The position numbers were made by a program, and so were the translations under genes. A stretch of DNA of 64,000 nt from Eledone cirrhosa (taxonomy: Eukaryota): contig OZ024740.1 of NCBI GenBank assembly GCA_964016885.1, positions 167,710,001 to 167,774,000 on the forward strand, in the 5' to 3' direction. The notes beneath the pieces are model-generated. The model saw only the letters and a list, made by a program, of their open reading frames with translations, ran no database searches and was not told the DNA's origin. Below are positions 60,552 to 64,000 of the stretch, piece by piece; position 1 is the stretch's first letter; every line of letters starts with the position of its first letter.

Positions 60552-60555
<4 letters not shown>
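60357..60555. repeat. Short fold-back repeat family (related pieces at 58274-58386 and 46300-46354)
   Basis: aggaaaatgttcaagaccccgacggcagagctca and its reverse complement; 60357-60437 is inverted relative to 58305-58386. Confidence 0.7.
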
Positions 60556-60594
<39 letters not shown>

Positions 60595-60717
60595 TAGCTG
60601 TATACATACTTGTATGGGAATTTCGTATATCTAACGATATACGGTATGTTAAATAAATAATCATTTTGAAAGATTTAACTATGAATAGAGATCTGACGGT
60701 CAGCGCCGTCTAGCAGG

Positions 60718-60808
60718 ATCCAGCAGAACCAAGGGAAATAGTTGTCTATGCATTTCGAACTTAGATGGTCCTCATCAAGACAATGCTTCCCTCTGCCTAC
60801 TGCTGGAG
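60718..60808 (-). ncRNA. Type I hammerhead, U3-G8 variant with extended stem I
   Basis: TCCAGCAG..AGGGAA..TTGTC-TTGATGA-GGAC-catctaa-GTTC-GAAA-TGCA-TA-GACAA..TTCCCT..CTGCTGGA; lies between inverted repeats 60594-60660 and 60944-61010. Confidence 0.7.
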
Positions 60809-61551
60809 TTTGTGACATAATTTACATAATTTTTCGCCAATGTAAATGGGCTGATTAGCCTCAATCGCATACGAAGCTGCATAAGTTGACACAACTTAAA
60901 ATAACATTAGAATTTAGCTTCGACATTGAGCCTTTCAAAATGTTTATTTGTTAAACATACCGTATATCTTTAAATGTACGAAATTCACTTACATGTATGT
61001 ATACAGCTATGTATATTGGACGATATACACGTATTCCAATGAAGGTTCAATCTGGATCCAAAAATCGATTAAAGATGTTTATCATTTTTTTCCATTTAGA
61101 GGGAAATTCGTATTTTCTGGCATGTTCCCATGTCCACATATTAGATATGTACAATTGTACAGTCTGGATCACACACTTTAGCTATACAGATATAACTTTA
61201 TCATACAATTCGGCTGTTAGTGCACTCCGTACGAAATGTGTGTGTGTGTATGTATGTACAGGAAACTGGGATAACTCCGATATAAAACCTGCGGCTCAGC
61301 AGTTACCGGTGATGTTGATCTTTTCTTCTTTTCGGGTCATAGCTACTGTCGCTCAGAGAGTGGGATTGGCTCAGTGCACAGTCTTTCCTCACTTTAAAAA
61401 ATATCTTCCCGCACAGGTATTGCACGATGGAATTAATTAATAATTATTAATAATGGGATACACGATAACGAGGGCCAGCCATCATTCATACATATATCAT
61501 TGCATGCATATATACATACATTTATACATACATAAATACATACATACATAC

Positions 61552-63340
61552 AGGATCACTGTGCTACCAACAATATCATAACACCTGAGCAAGCTGTTGG
61601 AAAGAGGGAGGTGTGGGGTTGCATAGATCACCTACTAACTAATAAAATGATTCAAGAAAAAACAACAAAGAATCGCAGAAACATGACTGTGGTCTGGCTG
61701 GATTATCAAAAAGCATTTGATAGTGTACCTTATGGGTTGATTGTTAAGGCTTTACAGTTAGCCAAAGTCCCACAACCACTGGTAGCTGCTGTTGAACGTC
61801 TGACCAAGAACTGGTACACCAATTTGATCCTTAGAGGTGAGAAGGAGCAAGTTAAGACTGATAAGATACATTACCAGTAGGGCATCTTTCAGGGTGATAG
61901 CTTGTCAGTGCTACTCTTTGTTCTCTCACTAAATCCACTATCTTACCTACTCAGGAAACAACGTGGACAAAGAAGTGAGTCCAGAAGTATCTCCCATCTT
62001 TTCTTAGTTGATGACCTGAAGTTGTATGGGCCAAATATCAATGACATCAAGAAACAATTGGACCTCATTACACATTTTCAACAGACATCAAAATGAAATT
62101 TGGTGAGTCCAAGTGTGCATATTTGGCAGTAAAACGTGGAAGAGCTGTGCCCTCCTCTAGAAATCTAGACATGAACGGCCTGACAATACAACCTCTACAG
62201 TCAGGTGACAACTACACATATCTTGGACAGGATGAGAATGTCAGATATGATGGACCCATAAATAAGGAGAGAACCAGAACTGAATACCTCAGAAGAGTAA
62301 AGAAAATATGGTCATCAGAACTTTCAGCGGACAACAAATACATTGCCCACAATACTTATGCTGTGCCAATTCTAACGCCAACATTTGCCCTGCTGAACTG
62401 GTCATTGCAAGAACTAAGTGAGATGGATGTTAGAACTCGCAAACTTCTCAGTGTTACTGGGAACTTTAACATAAATGGTGATGTGGATAGGCTATACTTC
62501 TCACGCAAGAAAGGTGGCCGGGGTCTAAAATCCATATTAACATCATATGAGACCCGGATAGTAACACTGAAGCAACATCTTCAACAGAGGAAAAAGGTTG
62601 GCAACCATCTTGCCCAGGTTTATGAGCATGAAAAAAAAATATCATTAGAATAGTCACTGATCTGGAGGAGAGATATGGAATAAAGCCTGATACAAATCTC
62701 TCACCCAGAGAAATCGGAAGATCCTATTCAATGTTCAAACAAGATGAAAAAATTGACCAATTTACAGGAAAAGTTGTGCATGGATACTTGAGACGTAAAA
62801 CACAGACCATAGAGGAAATAAACCACTCAAAAAGCCTGGCATGGAGTTCCGACAAGTTTATGACATCACACCTTGAGGGATATCTCTATGCAATACAGGA
62901 ACAAGAACTCCCTACCAAATATCTGCTGCACAAAAGGGGAGGGCCATCAGCTGACAATAAATGTAGGCTATGTAAAACAAAGATCGAGGATGTAAGCCAC
63001 ATTGTTGCCAGCTGCGAAAGAATGTCATCTCGCTACTACCTCCCCATGAGACACGATGGTATAGCTAGAACCATCTAGAACGCACATCGGAAAACAAAAT
63101 TAACAACAAACGAGGGAGAATATATTGAGACAGATGGCACTAAGGAATACTGGTGGAACCTGAAAATAAAAACTGCCAACAAAATAATTCATAGTCTACA
63201 AATGGCTGCGATAGCTGGCACCTTCAATATTTGCAAAACATTCTTGCGATTCATGGGATGACAATTTCTTTTCTTTTACAACCTTGCCACCAGGAAGGTG
63301 GCCGGTCAAAAAAATATACTAGAAATTAAGAGAAAGAGAT
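61552..63340 (+). mobile_element. 5'-truncated RLE-type non-LTR retrotransposon (R4/Dong/NeSL-like), degenerate
   Basis: RT motifs WLDYQKAFDSVP, GIFQGDSLS, HLFLVDDLKLY, YTYLG, RLY..RKKGGRGL; CCHC CRLCKTKIEDVSHIVASC and RHD; stops and frameshifts. Confidence 0.9.
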
Positions 63341-63351
63341 AACATACACAC

Positions 63352-63945
63352 ATGGTGGCTGCCAACTCGTTTTCGAGTACGGCCACTACTTTATATCCAT
63401 GTAGGAGAAACCCTACCGATGCGCTGAACAAGTGTGATTTTTAGTCCAGCCAGCGACTTGAAAACTCTGGTACAAACACTACACCTGTGACAATTATTGA
63501 CACATAGTGCTGGGCCCATGGTACCATGTGACGACAAGTGCAGAGAGATCTCCAGATATAAAGCAATGCCTGTGCCGTGAAGCTTTTATAGTGAGCAAAG
63601 GCACTGCACAAAGCCAGTCCCACTCTCTTAACCAAGATGATATTTACCAAAAAGAAGAACAAGTCAACATCATTGGATACCATCAGGGTTGCAGGTGTTA
63701 TATCAGAGTTTTCCTTCTCCTAGAATTCTGCCATGATAAAGGCTAACGGGTCATCTCTCCCGGTGATTTTGGATGGCCATTGACTCTTAAGAGCTCCTTT
63801 GCCCTGTGACAGGTTTTGTTTTTAGTCCTGCAGGATGTCCAAAGTCACCCTCCTCACCAAGAAACCTTGGTGGGGTTGCCAGTTTAGTCGCCAACGACCC
63901 GACCATGGGACAGGTTGTACTGGGATACATGTTACCAGTAGCACC
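63352..63945 (-). mobile_element. Internally deleted RTE-derived element (putative 5' leader joined to 3' end)
   Basis: 3' part matches 15787-16095; the 5' part (63680-63945) is non-coding and GC-richer and ends at a (TACA)n tract. Confidence 0.6.
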
Positions 63946-64000
63946 ATACATACATACATAAGCTCACGTGTGCATATATGCATTATGAGTATATATCATT

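Noticed and set aside
63855-63945. HDV-like ribozyme at the 5' end of the RTE-derived element (CCAGT/ACTGG, TCG-TTGG-CGA-CTAA)
   Set aside because: P2-, P4- and J4/2-like parts are visible but I could not build convincing P1, P3 and L3; needs a covariance search

Overview
AT-rich, microsatellite-dense eukaryotic (metazoan) DNA, most likely cephalopod/Octopus judging from the SINE family and (TA)n/(CA)n/(GAA)n density (an inference). No intact host gene is evident; most six-frame ORFs are microsatellite translations. Mobile elements include a full-length but frameshifted Helitron (38785-44472, -), a non-autonomous Helitron (1633-3077), at least four families of Penelope-like elements (PLEs, GIY-YIG endonuclease), an RLE-type non-LTR retrotransposon (61.5-63.3 kb), RTE and APE-LINE fragments, a mariner remnant and tRNA-derived SINEs. 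The main unexplained structure is a large set of short, mutually unrelated non-coding elements, mostly in (TA)n tracts, arranged as fold-back palindromes or tandem direct repeats. By eye, about 15 of these families (including the PLE pseudo-LTRs) carry a minimal type I hammerhead ribozyme: stem I - CUGANGA - stem II - GAAA - usually palindromic loop III - UH - stem I. The set includes U3-A8 and U3-G8 core variants, U-U pairs at the base of stem II, 40-90 nt stem II insertions and compensatory stem I changes. This points to a diverse TA-targeted, PLE-mobilised retrozyme-like system. All ribozyme calls are manual folds and need covariance-model and cleavage tests.
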